64,000 bases of DNA from an uncultured Nitrososphaerota archaeon. Lineage in GTDB: Archaea > Thermoproteota > Nitrososphaeria > Nitrososphaerales > CADDZS01. A program made the translations under genes and the position numbers. The notes under the pieces were generated by a model. It was not told the DNA's origin, ran no database searches, and was given only the letters and a program-made list of their open reading frames with translations. The first letter of the stretch is position 1. Each line of letters starts with the position of its first letter. Below, in pieces: positions 49,414-58,570 of this stretch. The stretch lies in contig CAWCYI010000006.1 in NCBI GenBank assembly GCA_963799845.1, positions 512,001 to 576,000 on the forward strand, read 5' to 3'.

Positions 49414-50025
49414 ATGGCAACAATAAATCAGCAGATGTCAGATATACTAGATACAGCAAAGTCAATTGGTGACTTCAAAATGCTTATGCGAGTAGTAGAG
49501 GGAGCAGGTCTTGCAGACACTCTAAAGAGTCAGGGCCCTTTCACAGTGTTCGCTCCTACAGACGAAGCATTCAGGAATCTTCCAACTGGAGAATTGGATG
49601 AATGGTTGAGAGATCCTTCAAAGTTGAGGAGCATAGTCACCTATCACATCGTTGATCGCAAGATCGATGAGAATGAATTTCACAGGTTGACTGCAGATAG
49701 GAGAACCCCAAGTGTAATGACGATGCAAGGATCATCAGTCGTGATCAAGACCCATGGGACCCTATCAAAAACAATGTTCGTAAACGATGCGAAAGTAATC
49801 AAGTCTGACATTCTAACCACTAATGGTGTAATTTACATCATTGACAGAGTACTCGAGCCTGCGCCTGCAGCTCAAGCGCCTATGACCGCAGCTCCACAAA
49901 CAAAGAGTGAAGCCACGGCTCCGACTCCAGAAACCGCCACTCCGGCTCCTCAAACCACAACTCGAAACGAGTCGACGACAACTACTACGACTACAACAAC
50001 GAATCCTCCAAATCCGACCTCCTGA
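49414..50025 (+). CDS. fasciclin domain protein with P/T-rich tail
   Basis: GPFTVFAPTDEAF, NGVIYIIDRVL, poly-Thr tail. Confidence 0.92.
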   Translation: MATINQQMSDILDTAKSIGDFKMLMRVVEGAGLADTLKSQGPFTVFAPTDEAFRNLPTGELDEWLRDPSKLRSIVTYHIVDRKIDENEFHRLTADRRTPSVMTMQGSSVVIKTHGTLSKTMFVNDAKVIKSDILTTNGVIYIIDRVLEPAPAAQAPMTAAPQTKSEATAPTPETATPAPQTTTRNESTTTTTTTTTNPPNPTS

Positions 50026-50393
50026 TTTAACTCATGAGCGCGGCCTCAAAGGAGTGTATTTGCACTCCTTTGGACTAGAGGCCCAACATCACTTCACTCC
50101 TGAGATACAACTTCTGTCTGCTGGGACCCAGAATTGACGCCTGAAAAACCAAGTTCACTTTTGCAATCGTGGAAATATCAGAAAAAAGAGGGGAGGTACT
50201 TCAAACAAATACCTCCGATGGAAATCAAGTACTTTAGCCTTAGATTCTCTTTCTAGCCTTCCCGACCTCTTTCTGCACCCTACCCCTGACTTGCTCCATC
50301 TTTCCTTTTACTTGTTGGCTCTTGTTATTCGTAATTTTTCCAACCGCTTCGCGGGCCTTTCCCTTAGTATTCTCTCTTTCGCCTTCTCTGATT

Positions 50394-51433
50394 TGTCTCT
50401 TTTCCGACAATTATTTCGCAAGCTGGTAAACAGGAGTAGACTGGGAGAGTTTTGGAAGAGCGTAACAAAGCGTTACGAGAAACATGTGCCCGCGAAGTCT
50501 TGATAGCGACAAGATCAGTTACCTCTTCAGAGCTAGAGAAAGGGGCGAGACCTGCGCAAACATTGCTCTCCAGCTCGGGGTGTCAAAGAGGAGGGTTGAG
50601 CAGATACTTGCCCAGCATAGGAAAGGTGGGGGTGTGCCTCTCCTCCTCAAGAAACCAGGAAGGAAAAGCATTCCAATTACCGACGAGGAAACTTCACTCG
50701 TCATTGATGCTTATCAGAGATATAGGGCAAACGCCCTCTACCTTGAACGAAAGATCGAGTGCGATAGCAAGATTCACATCAACCACAACAGGATACACAG
50801 GGTGCTCCTGATGAACTCCTTTGCGTCAAACTCTAGGAAGAAGTGGATAAGGAGGAAGTGGGTCAGATACGAGAGGGAGCACTCGAATTCATTATGGCAT
50901 ACGGACTGGCACGAGGTAAAGGATCCGAGGTGGAAGGGCAAGTGGCTCACCTGCTATGAGGATGATGCTTCTCGTCTCATTACCGGATTTGGGGTCCATG
51001 AAACGCTGACCTCGGAGTACTCTGTTTCCTGTCTTGAGAGCGCCATGAAGGAACACGGCAAACCTGCATCGATCCTATCCGACCACGGAACCACATTTTA
51101 CACGATGGAATCTGAGAGGAGGGAGAAGGGGATGACAGAATTCGAGAGGTGTCTCTTGAAGCACAAGATAAGATTCATCCTCGGAAGAGTCAACCACCCC
51201 CAGACGAACGGCAAGATCGAGAAGTTCTTCGACATATTCGAGAGTAAGATCAAGTGGTTCTCCTCGATAGATGAGTTCATGAAGTGGTACAATGAAGTGA
51301 GGCCTCATGGAGCCCTTGACCTCAAGACGCCAACCCAGGCTTACTACGAGAAGATGCCGCAGTTAGATGCTCTTGAATATCCTTTGTCTATGGAGGTCTC
51401 CTGACAGATGCGAAATGATTTCTGGAAAAAACA
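50394..51433 (+). mobile_element. IS481-family insertion sequence with 12-bp target duplication
   Basis: TGT...ACA ends, imperfect TIRs, CCTTCTCTGATT at 50382-50393 and 51434-51445. Confidence 0.9.
50484..51404 (+). CDS. IS481-family (rve) transposase
   Basis: HTH, WHTD, DDASR, SDHG, PQTNGKIEKF, YNEVRPH. Confidence 0.93.
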   Translation: MCPRSLDSDKISYLFRARERGETCANIALQLGVSKRRVEQILAQHRKGGGVPLLLKKPGRKSIPITDEETSLVIDAYQRYRANALYLERKIECDSKIHINHNRIHRVLLMNSFASNSRKKWIRRKWVRYEREHSNSLWHTDWHEVKDPRWKGKWLTCYEDDASRLITGFGVHETLTSEYSVSCLESAMKEHGKPASILSDHGTTFYTMESERREKGMTEFERCLLKHKIRFILGRVNHPQTNGKIEKFFDIFESKIKWFSSIDEFMKWYNEVRPHGALDLKTPTQAYYEKMPQLDALEYPLSMEVS

Positions 51434-51655
51434 CCTTCTCTGATTTGTTTAGACATTATGGAATCATTGAGAGTTCAGCGCAAGTGAGTATTAATGGGAT
51501 TTCGCCAGCATTGTGATTCAAATGCGCTTTCTTAGTCATTCTGGAGACGCTTAATGACCTTTGCTTCAAGCTTTAGGGCATTTGCTGGGCGATTCGTTAT
51601 CATAGCACGAGAGCAGTTTACACACCAAGGAAATGAAAGAGAAAGGTAAATTGAC

Positions 51656-52072
51656 ATGAGCACAGCCCCAGAAGATCTAAAGAACATACTTGGACCAAAC
51701 GAGCAGGTACAGATCTATATCAAGCAGAAATTTTATCATCCAAAGATCAATATCGACTCGGTCGTCATAACAAACGAAAGAATAATTCTGAGACATCCCC
51801 ATGCCCTCACACTGAAAAAAGATTATACTGATTTCAATTATCAAGATATTTCAAACGTCGTGTTGAACAAGGGAATCATTAGATCAACTGTAAATTGCAC
51901 ACTTCGATTCGGCGGAGATGCGTTATCGCTAGCTTCCTTGCGCAATTCGGAGGCAGAGAAGGCCTATGGTTTAATCAGAGAGAATCTCGTCCGATACCAG
52001 TCGCCACTCACTGCACGATCAGAGGGAGTCCCTTCTCTCCAGGCCGTGCCAGGAACAACTCCCCGAACGTGA
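51656..52072 (+). CDS. prokaryotic PH-domain protein
   Basis: LGPNEQV..VVITNERII..DFNYQDISNV..GII. Confidence 0.75.
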   Translation: MSTAPEDLKNILGPNEQVQIYIKQKFYHPKINIDSVVITNERIILRHPHALTLKKDYTDFNYQDISNVVLNKGIIRSTVNCTLRFGGDALSLASLRNSEAEKAYGLIRENLVRYQSPLTARSEGVPSLQAVPGTTPRT

Positions 52073-52428
52073 AGCAACGATAGGTTCCGAAATGAGCGGT
52101 AATCCGACGATTCGCGTCATGCAGCATTTCACTGCGATTTCATTAGCACATGATTTGACGGCGAAAGAGTTCGAGACGGTGTAGAAAGATGGTCCAGATT
52201 GTAAAAGAAAAAGCAGAAGGCAATTCGAAACTAAAACCAAAAAACTTCCTGAGTTAGCCTTTGAGAGCGGTGAGAAGGGGCACGAAAACGAGGGCGGACA
52301 TGAAATGCCTAGAGAAGGAAAGCCCTTTCGACAACAGGGCATATTGATTATCCTGTTCACAAAATCACTTCAATTTGAACTTCTGACCTTTATAGAAAGA
52401 AGTACTTCTACTAAATGTTGAGAAATTT

Positions 52429-52710
52429 ATGACAACCTTGGTTACAGACAATGAAGTAGAGCCGGAAAGAAGTTCCGGCGATTCGGCGGGTCAATCAGAG
52501 GACTCTGAACCTAAGGTCGGTCTGAAGCAGCACCTCTCAAACTACAGTAATCAGGTTCAAGATTACCTAGACAAGGTTGACGCGAAAATTGACGGATTCA
52601 AGTTCACGTTAGAGAAACACGGCGAAGGACTCACGGTAGATCTTTCATTCAGGGCAACATTACACCCAAAAAATGCAAAGACCGCTGAGAAAACTGAGAA
52701 AGAAGTCTGA
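52429..52710 (+). CDS. hypothetical protein, paralogue of 47587-47838
   Basis: see paralogue. Confidence 0.8.
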   Translation: MTTLVTDNEVEPERSSGDSAGQSEDSEPKVGLKQHLSNYSNQVQDYLDKVDAKIDGFKFTLEKHGEGLTVDLSFRATLHPKNAKTAEKTEKEV

Positions 52711-52943
52711 GTCCGACTCTAGCACAACAAAGAAACTTGCCCGGCGCAGTCCGTTACTAAGCCACGTCCACTCAATCAAATAGGAGAATCTATTCACGTA
52801 CAAATTCCTGTTTCGAAAACATTGGACGTCAGTGAAAAATATTGGCCTTTTGAGTAGATCTCTCGATCTCGTTCAAGCATTCGAGAAAGAGACTACTTTC
52901 CTATCCGTCAAGTAATCTCGAACTCAGATGCGCCGTGAGTCTG

Positions 52944-53273
52944 TCAGACGATGAAGCCAATGATTATGCCTATTACAAGGCCGATACTAAGAGGTATGAT
53001 CCCAAGGAAGATGGCCACGTAGGTCGCCGCAACCGGTCCATAAGTGGTTATTAGATTTTTTACTCCTGATTCGAGGCTGGCGAGGCTGACAAAGCCGAAG
53101 TAAGACGCCACGAGTGCGACGACGATCAGTATTATCGCGATCATTAGTGCTTTCCTGATAAAGTACCCTATGATTATTCCAATGATTAGAGGGATTGCCA
53201 TCACAACAAGTGAAGGAATTCCCCCGCCAAAGGTTCCACCTATTAAGTGAAAAATGTCATTGATTAGTGTCAA
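52944..53273 (-). CDS. small Gly-rich membrane protein, FUN14-like
   Basis: GIIIGYFIRKALMIA..YFGFV pattern; three hydrophobic segments. Confidence 0.6.
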   Translation of the reverse strand: MTLINDIFHLIGGTFGGGIPSLVVMAIPLIIGIIIGYFIRKALMIAIILIVVALVASYFGFVSLASLESGVKNLITTYGPVAATYVAIFLGIIPLSIGLVIGIIIGFIV

Positions 53274-53416
53274 AGCTATCTACTTCCACTCGATTCCCGT
53301 TGATTGCTAGTCTGCCTTCTCATCGTATAACGTTTTCTCGCGGGTCTAATCAGTGATTTCCCTAGTTGGGTTTTTGTTAATTGTTTCCTTACCATGTTAC
53401 ATTCACTCTTCAAGGA

Positions 53417-53539
53417 TCAAAGGTGCAGGCCAGCGAAGCCGAAGTACGCAAGAACGATGATTACAACGACGGCAATTATTATGACTTCGAGAGACCCCAT
53501 CCCAGACTTGCTATTATTTTTCTTCAATAAGAATCTCAT
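53417..53539 (-). CDS. 40-aa class III signal-peptide micro-pilin-like protein (copy 2)
   Basis: MRFLLKKNNSKSG|MGSLEVIIIAVVVIIVLAYFGFAGLHL. Confidence 0.75.
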   Translation of the reverse strand: MRFLLKKNNSKSGMGSLEVIIIAVVVIIVLAYFGFAGLHL

Positions 53540-54057
53540 TTGAGATCAGAATCTAACATTGTAACGGAGAGCTCAGTTGCTATGAAAACAAGCCGTTCAA
53601 TTTTTGCTCAATTAGCGAAGAAATCTGAGGTCGAATCTTTCAAAGATGACCAAAACGATACATGGCCTTGTCTCAAGTGGATGAAGCAGTCTACAATTAT
53701 CGATCCAATTTGAAATTGCACGAATCTGTTGTTTCGAAATGATAGAATTGCAGGCCAGATTTTAGAATTGAATCCTATCCAGATTTCAGCCTAGGAAAAT
53801 TGCCGGAAAACAAATCTTAACATGAATCTCACAAGTTTAGGGCACTTTTGCTTTTCCGGAACTTTGAAGCACGAGTACCCAAGTTTGTTGTAGTATCAAG
53901 AAGGAATATGATCCATCCGAACTGCTCAAATGGTTTTTTCAGTCATTCAAAAGCGATGGACGAGTATTTTTCATCAAATGTCTGGTTTCAACTGAAATGT
54001 TACTTTTCATACTAGCTCGCTTTACTCACAAGGTAACTATTCAAGAGGAGATCATAA

Positions 54058-54285
54058 ATGAAATCATCACGAAAAGACGCAATAACTCAAATCTTCGAGA
54101 TGGAAATGCCAACTGAAGCGCGGACCAGTAAATTTGTCGAAACTGGATCTCTCGGATTACTTCTTTCAACTGATACTGTGTACCGCACATGCTTCAATTG
54201 TCAGGGTCATCCTAGCTATCCAGAGATACCTCCTTCGACGTTACACCGTGGTCAAGAATGTCTGATATGTGGAATCAGACAATAA
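54058..54285 (+). CDS. small CxxC-CxxC protein
   Basis: GAGGAG upstream of the ATG; CFNC...CLIC. Confidence 0.5.
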   Translation: MKSSRKDAITQIFEMEMPTEARTSKFVETGSLGLLLSTDTVYRTCFNCQGHPSYPEIPPSTLHRGQECLICGIRQ

Positions 54286-54410
54286 ATCTGACTCTCATTT
54301 TCGAACTAATGTGAACGAATAGGCAGTATGTTACGTTTCTAAATACGAAATCGTTATCGCTACAGTGGATGATGGTTTGTTGAATGGCCAACACACCCTG
54401 TTTTTTCATG

Positions 54411-54566
54411 CTATCGAACATCCTCCATGATCTCCTGACTGAGCATTTCGTCTACACGATAACTACCCGTAGACATATCAACTAGAATTACATGGTTGCG
54501 TCGGGGAAATTCTTTCCCAAATACCCGAATCAGTATTTCGATGGCATTCTTTTTTTCTGTATCCAT
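54411..54566 (-). CDS. 51-aa hypothetical protein downstream of SPFH
   Basis: AGGTGA SD-like motif, then MDTEKKNAIEILIRVFG... Confidence 0.4.
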   Translation of the reverse strand: MDTEKKNAIEILIRVFGKEFPRRNHVILVDMSTGSYRVDEMLSQEIMEDVR

Positions 54567-54659
54567 TTTCACCTACCTTCCAACTATTTCGTCAACCCGT
54601 TTCAAATGCGCGGAATTTACGCGGACAATTCTCAACAGACTCATCGTCGTCTCCATAAT

Positions 54660-55497
54660 TTACGGAATAATTGGCGAAACGGCTTGTTCCTCTTGTTCTT
54701 GCTTGTCTTTCGGGGGAGCAATTAACGGCGCTACATTTGGTTGGAGCGATCCGGCACCTGCGGTTGGCATATTGGTAGGGACCAACATCAAAGTTCCGCG
54801 GCCCTGCAGGCCTCAGCTCGTATAAGATATTCATCCATCGGAGCTCCATAGCTCTTGGATTCGCAGAATACAAGTTTGCAGCGTCGACCATCTTTTGCGC
54901 TGCCTGAAATTCCGCCTCAGCTAAAGTAATCCTCGCTCTTCGCTCTCTTTCTGCTTGAGCCTGTCTTGACATCGCTTCTTGAAGGGCCGCAGGAGTGGTA
55001 ATGTCCCTGATTTCGACAGCAGTAACCTTAACCCCCCAGTTTTCCGTTTTCAAGTCAATAATCTCTCGAGCTGATGCGCCTATCTTTTCCCTTTCATAGA
55101 GCAGATTATTGAAGCTAACCCCACCGATTGTCTCTCGAAGTGTGGTTTGGGCTGCAAGTTGAGTTGCCATACTGTAATTTTCCACATTCAGCGTTGCCTT
55201 CTCGACATCAACAGGCTGGTAGTACATCACGGCATCTACGTTTACCGGAACGTTGTCACGGGTAAATGTTTGCTCGGTCTTGAAAGTCAACACCTGCAAC
55301 CGGGTTGAAATGATGTAGGGAACCTTGCTAATGAATGGTGGAACGTAGATTATCCCAGGGCCTTTCAGACCCCTATAGCGGCCCAGAGTTAATAGCGGTG
55401 CTCTTTCCCACTCACGGAGAATCTTGATGCCTGAAAGAAAAATGCCCAAAACCAAGATGGCGATGACCCCCACTAATGCAAGACTGATAATGCTCAA
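54660..55497 (-). CDS. SPFH/stomatin-like protein, frameshifted near 54813
   Basis: TRDNVPVNVDAV, AQTTLRETIG, WGVKV, AMSRQAQAERERRA; removing one base gives YELGLQGRGTLMLVP..* ending at 54660. Confidence 0.88.
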
Positions 55498-55690
55498 GAT
55501 GGATCTATTGCTATCGTTACTAGCCTGGCGTTTTAGGTCAATATCAATATGAAAGCGAATCGTTCAATTTGTTAGGCAATATTGGAGAAAGCCTTCACAT
55601 GGCATGACGCATTGACCAGAATGACCTCATTTGCACAATAATTTGCCTTATTTGCTCACAAATTACTCGTTGAAGCATGATTGAGGCAAA

Positions 55691-55711
55691 GTTCCAATGT
55701 CACTTTGGAAC
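55691..55711. promoter_or_regulatory. 7-7-7 palindrome between divergent SPFH and Lrp copy 3
   Basis: GTTCCAA-TGTCACT-TTGGAAC. Confidence 0.45.
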
Positions 55712-55783
55712 ACTATGAGAGACATGACAGTAATAAGATAGAATTAGAAAAGCACATATCTAATAAAACCCTTTCTGCAATCC

Positions 55784-56266
55784 ATGCCACTTTCTCAGCT
55801 CTCGGACCTTGATAGGCAAATTTTGAGACTCCTTGTAGAATCCGAGGGAAATATTCCGACTCACGAGATCTCGCAAGAGCTACGCATTCCACTGAGTACT
55901 GTACAAAGAAGACGAAAGAGACTTGAAGAAAACTATCTGATTCGGTATTATTCGCTTAATCTCCAAATGTTTGGATGGAGACGGATCGATCTCCTCATCG
56001 CCACAGAAGGCGGCGCTACCATTACTGTCGGAAAGGAACTATTAAAGCGAGATGAGGTAATTTTCGCGGCGAGAACAATTGGAGAGCATACAATAGACCT
56101 AAGAGTCGAGACACTCGTAAAAGACAACGGGGAATTACTCGATCTCTTAGAAGAAGTGAAGGCGATGAATGGAGTAAAAGACGTTGTTTGGACGGAGATA
56201 GTGGAGACGATAGGCCGAAAGAATCCGCCAAATGATTTTTCACGCTATTGGAAGAATCCGGAATAG
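55784..56266 (+). CDS. Lrp/AsnC family regulator (copy 3)
   Basis: EISQELRIPLSTVQRRRKRLE; RTIGEHTIDLRVE. Confidence 0.9.
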   Translation: MPLSQLSDLDRQILRLLVESEGNIPTHEISQELRIPLSTVQRRRKRLEENYLIRYYSLNLQMFGWRRIDLLIATEGGATITVGKELLKRDEVIFAARTIGEHTIDLRVETLVKDNGELLDLLEEVKAMNGVKDVVWTEIVETIGRKNPPNDFSRYWKNPE

Positions 56267-56690
56267 TAGCTTCCTAAGTTTCGAATCGATCAAAATTCAG
56301 CTTAAAGAGCAGGGTTTATTCTTCGTGTCAACAATTACCCAGAAGAAAATTTCCAACTGTCACTTCTTTCGAATTTCCTACTCAAATGGAAAGGAAAGAT
56401 GGGTTGCCTTCGACCCGCTCAAGGGACCGAAGTTGGCTGTTTCAGAGATGAAAAGGCTTGTACAAAAATCAGATTCCGAAGCAGGAACAAAACAACCAGG
56501 CGTTGTTTGGTATATGGGGAAATTAGCTTTGTGGAAGGTGTAATTGCTCTCAAACAGTCTTGGTCATTGTAAAGGCGAATCCGAATTAAACCTAAGACTC
56601 CTCTAGATTTACTGATTCCAACACAGATAGTACTCAGCTAAAATTAGGTCAGAAAATGATCTTAAACTGGTAACAGGCAGTGCTAGTTCA

Positions 56691-56742
56691 ACATAGGTGT
56701 ATATAGTACGTAATGCCTATTACAACTAGTGAAAATTGCATG
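56691..56742 (+). promoter_or_regulatory. copy of the fasciclin promoter and start codon, with no fasciclin gene
   Basis: 26-bp identity to 43082-43107 and the same 41-bp distance to an ATGACAA start. Confidence 0.7.
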
Positions 56743-56867
56743 ACAAAACAGCAACGGAATAAGCCTTCAGCAAGGCAGAATAATTTTGATAACTTTCCTA
56801 GTCGCAAACCGATTACCTATCGTGTAAAGCAGGTAGTTTGAATGATTTAGATGGATTGTGAAAGTGC

Positions 56868-57305
56868 ATGAATCTATTTCATAGGTCTAGACAGGAGACT
56901 GCAAAAGTACAGACAAGTAATGCTGTCCAGATGGGCATCTCGCCTTTGAAGAATCTCGTCATAAGCGATCCAAAGATGTTCGCTGCATTGCAGAATTTTC
57001 TGATCGTTGATCCGGAAAGACAAATACCGCTGCTCGACAGTGTCAGCACACTCCTAGCGAAGGGGGACGCAGCCAAAGCACAAGGAAACAGAATGACTGC
57101 TCGCGCAGATTACGAGATTGCCGCAAAGATTGAGATCTACAGACAAAACAAGGACAGCGCAAGGACATTTCTGGTATTAGCTGAAGGAGTCTCTGACAAA
57201 GGACAGCCTCACCACGAATATCAAGAAACAATGCTAGCTAATATGGACAAAGTCATGCGGATTTCGAATGAGTTCCAAGATTTTGTGCCCCATCAATTAA
57301 AGTGA
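56868..57305 (+). CDS. hypothetical helical protein
   Basis: 145-aa ORF. Confidence 0.7.
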   Translation: MNLFHRSRQETAKVQTSNAVQMGISPLKNLVISDPKMFAALQNFLIVDPERQIPLLDSVSTLLAKGDAAKAQGNRMTARADYEIAAKIEIYRQNKDSARTFLVLAEGVSDKGQPHHEYQETMLANMDKVMRISNEFQDFVPHQLK

Positions 57306-57336
57306 AAAAGCACTGACGGAATCAGCACTCGACAAC

Positions 57337-57471
57337 ATGCCCGATCCAAAGAAGAGTCGGGAACAAAAGGAAACGAAACGCGAAGAAATGAATGAAGAGG
57401 TTCACGATATTGAGGACACTGAGGAAGAGAAATTGTATGAAGAAGACTGGAACTCGGATGAGTCTGATTGA
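57337..57471 (+). CDS. 44-aa highly acidic microprotein
   Basis: MPDPKKSREQKETKREEMNEEVHDIEDTEEEKLYEEDWNSDESD*. Confidence 0.5.
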   Translation: MPDPKKSREQKETKREEMNEEVHDIEDTEEEKLYEEDWNSDESD

Positions 57472-57541
57472 AAATAGTCCGGTCTACCCACTTGTTACGA
57501 GATCTTTGCACCTTTGACGCATAGAAACTATATTCAGTAGG

Positions 57542-58549
57542 GTGCAGAGATTTCATGAGATGGCAGCCGAAGTAGAAGGCAAGTCAGGTCTAATAGACAG
57601 GGTAGTAATTCGCTATCTTCGTCGCAACGAAATCGAAAAAGCTGAAACACTCGGGCGTCTGGCGTTTGGGACTTTCCTTCGCATTCCCGACCCTCTTCAG
57701 AATCCCGAAAGCAAGAAGATGATTTCTCATCGGTTTTATGAGGATCCAAAAAACATCCTGGCCGCGGAACTGGACGGCGAACTCGTCGGAACAAATATCC
57801 TCACAGAGTGGGGAAGCTTTGCCTTCTTTGGTCCTCTGGCGGTGAGACCCGATCTCTGGGATTCGGGAGTTGGCTCGGAACTTGTCGAATCGGCACTCGA
57901 AGTATTTGCAGAACATGGAATAAGCCACATGGGATTATTCACATTCGCGGATAGTCCGAAACATCTCGGTCTCTATCATAAGTTCGGTTTCTGCGCGAGA
58001 TTCTTGACTCCATTAATGGAAAAGGAAATCGAAGACGCTTCCCATCAAGAAACTGTCGGCAAAAAGTTCGAGGTGTTTTCAGATTATGACGGAGCGAAAA
58101 AAGAAGAAGCCTTGCGATCTATGATAGAGCTCACAAACGAACTCTATCACGGCCTAGATCTTTCTGATGAGATCCGAATGGTTGACTCGCAGAAACTGGG
58201 CGATACCCTGCTCTTGTTCGAGAATTTTTCCCTTTCGGCTTTTGCGGTGTGTCAGAGTGGTCCGAACACGGAAGCTGGGAGAGGTAGACTTTACATCAAG
58301 TTTGGAGCGGCGAAAACCGCTCATGAGGCAGACCGAAAATTCGACGAATTGCTCTCCGCTTGTGAAGCGTTTGCCGTTCAGAAAGGTTTGAACGTCGTCG
58401 AGGCCGGGATGAATCTGTCCCACGAAAGGGCCTATGATATCATGCTAAAAAATGGATTCCGAACTTCATTCGTCGGCGTTGCAATGCAAAAACCTAACGA
58501 GCCTGCCTTCCTCCGAAAAGAGACTTTTGTAATAGAAGATTGGCGTTAG
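57542..58549 (+). CDS. GNAT acetyltransferase (tandem fold)
   Basis: FGPLAVRPDLWDSGVG, LYHKFGF. Confidence 0.87.
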   Translation: MQRFHEMAAEVEGKSGLIDRVVIRYLRRNEIEKAETLGRLAFGTFLRIPDPLQNPESKKMISHRFYEDPKNILAAELDGELVGTNILTEWGSFAFFGPLAVRPDLWDSGVGSELVESALEVFAEHGISHMGLFTFADSPKHLGLYHKFGFCARFLTPLMEKEIEDASHQETVGKKFEVFSDYDGAKKEEALRSMIELTNELYHGLDLSDEIRMVDSQKLGDTLLLFENFSLSAFAVCQSGPNTEAGRGRLYIKFGAAKTAHEADRKFDELLSACEAFAVQKGLNVVEAGMNLSHERAYDIMLKNGFRTSFVGVAMQKPNEPAFLRKETFVIEDWR

Positions 58550-58570
58550 CCTGGGAAATTCTCTGCGGAC

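Larger units (their letters stand above)
50240..51456 (-). pseudogene. csbD: CsbD-family stress protein (54 aa) interrupted by IS481
   Basis: removing the IS and one TSD gives MSKQIREGERENTKGKAREAVGKITNNKSQQVKGKMEQVRGRVQKEVGKARKRI*. Confidence 0.82.

Noticed and set aside
49975-50002. ACA/ACT/ACG repeat run
   Set aside because: It encodes the poly-Thr tail of fasciclin 2 and is not a separate repeat element.
38637-57540. Island as an integrated virus or plasmid
   Set aside because: No integrase, replication, capsid or conjugation genes, and no duplicated tRNA 3' end was found.
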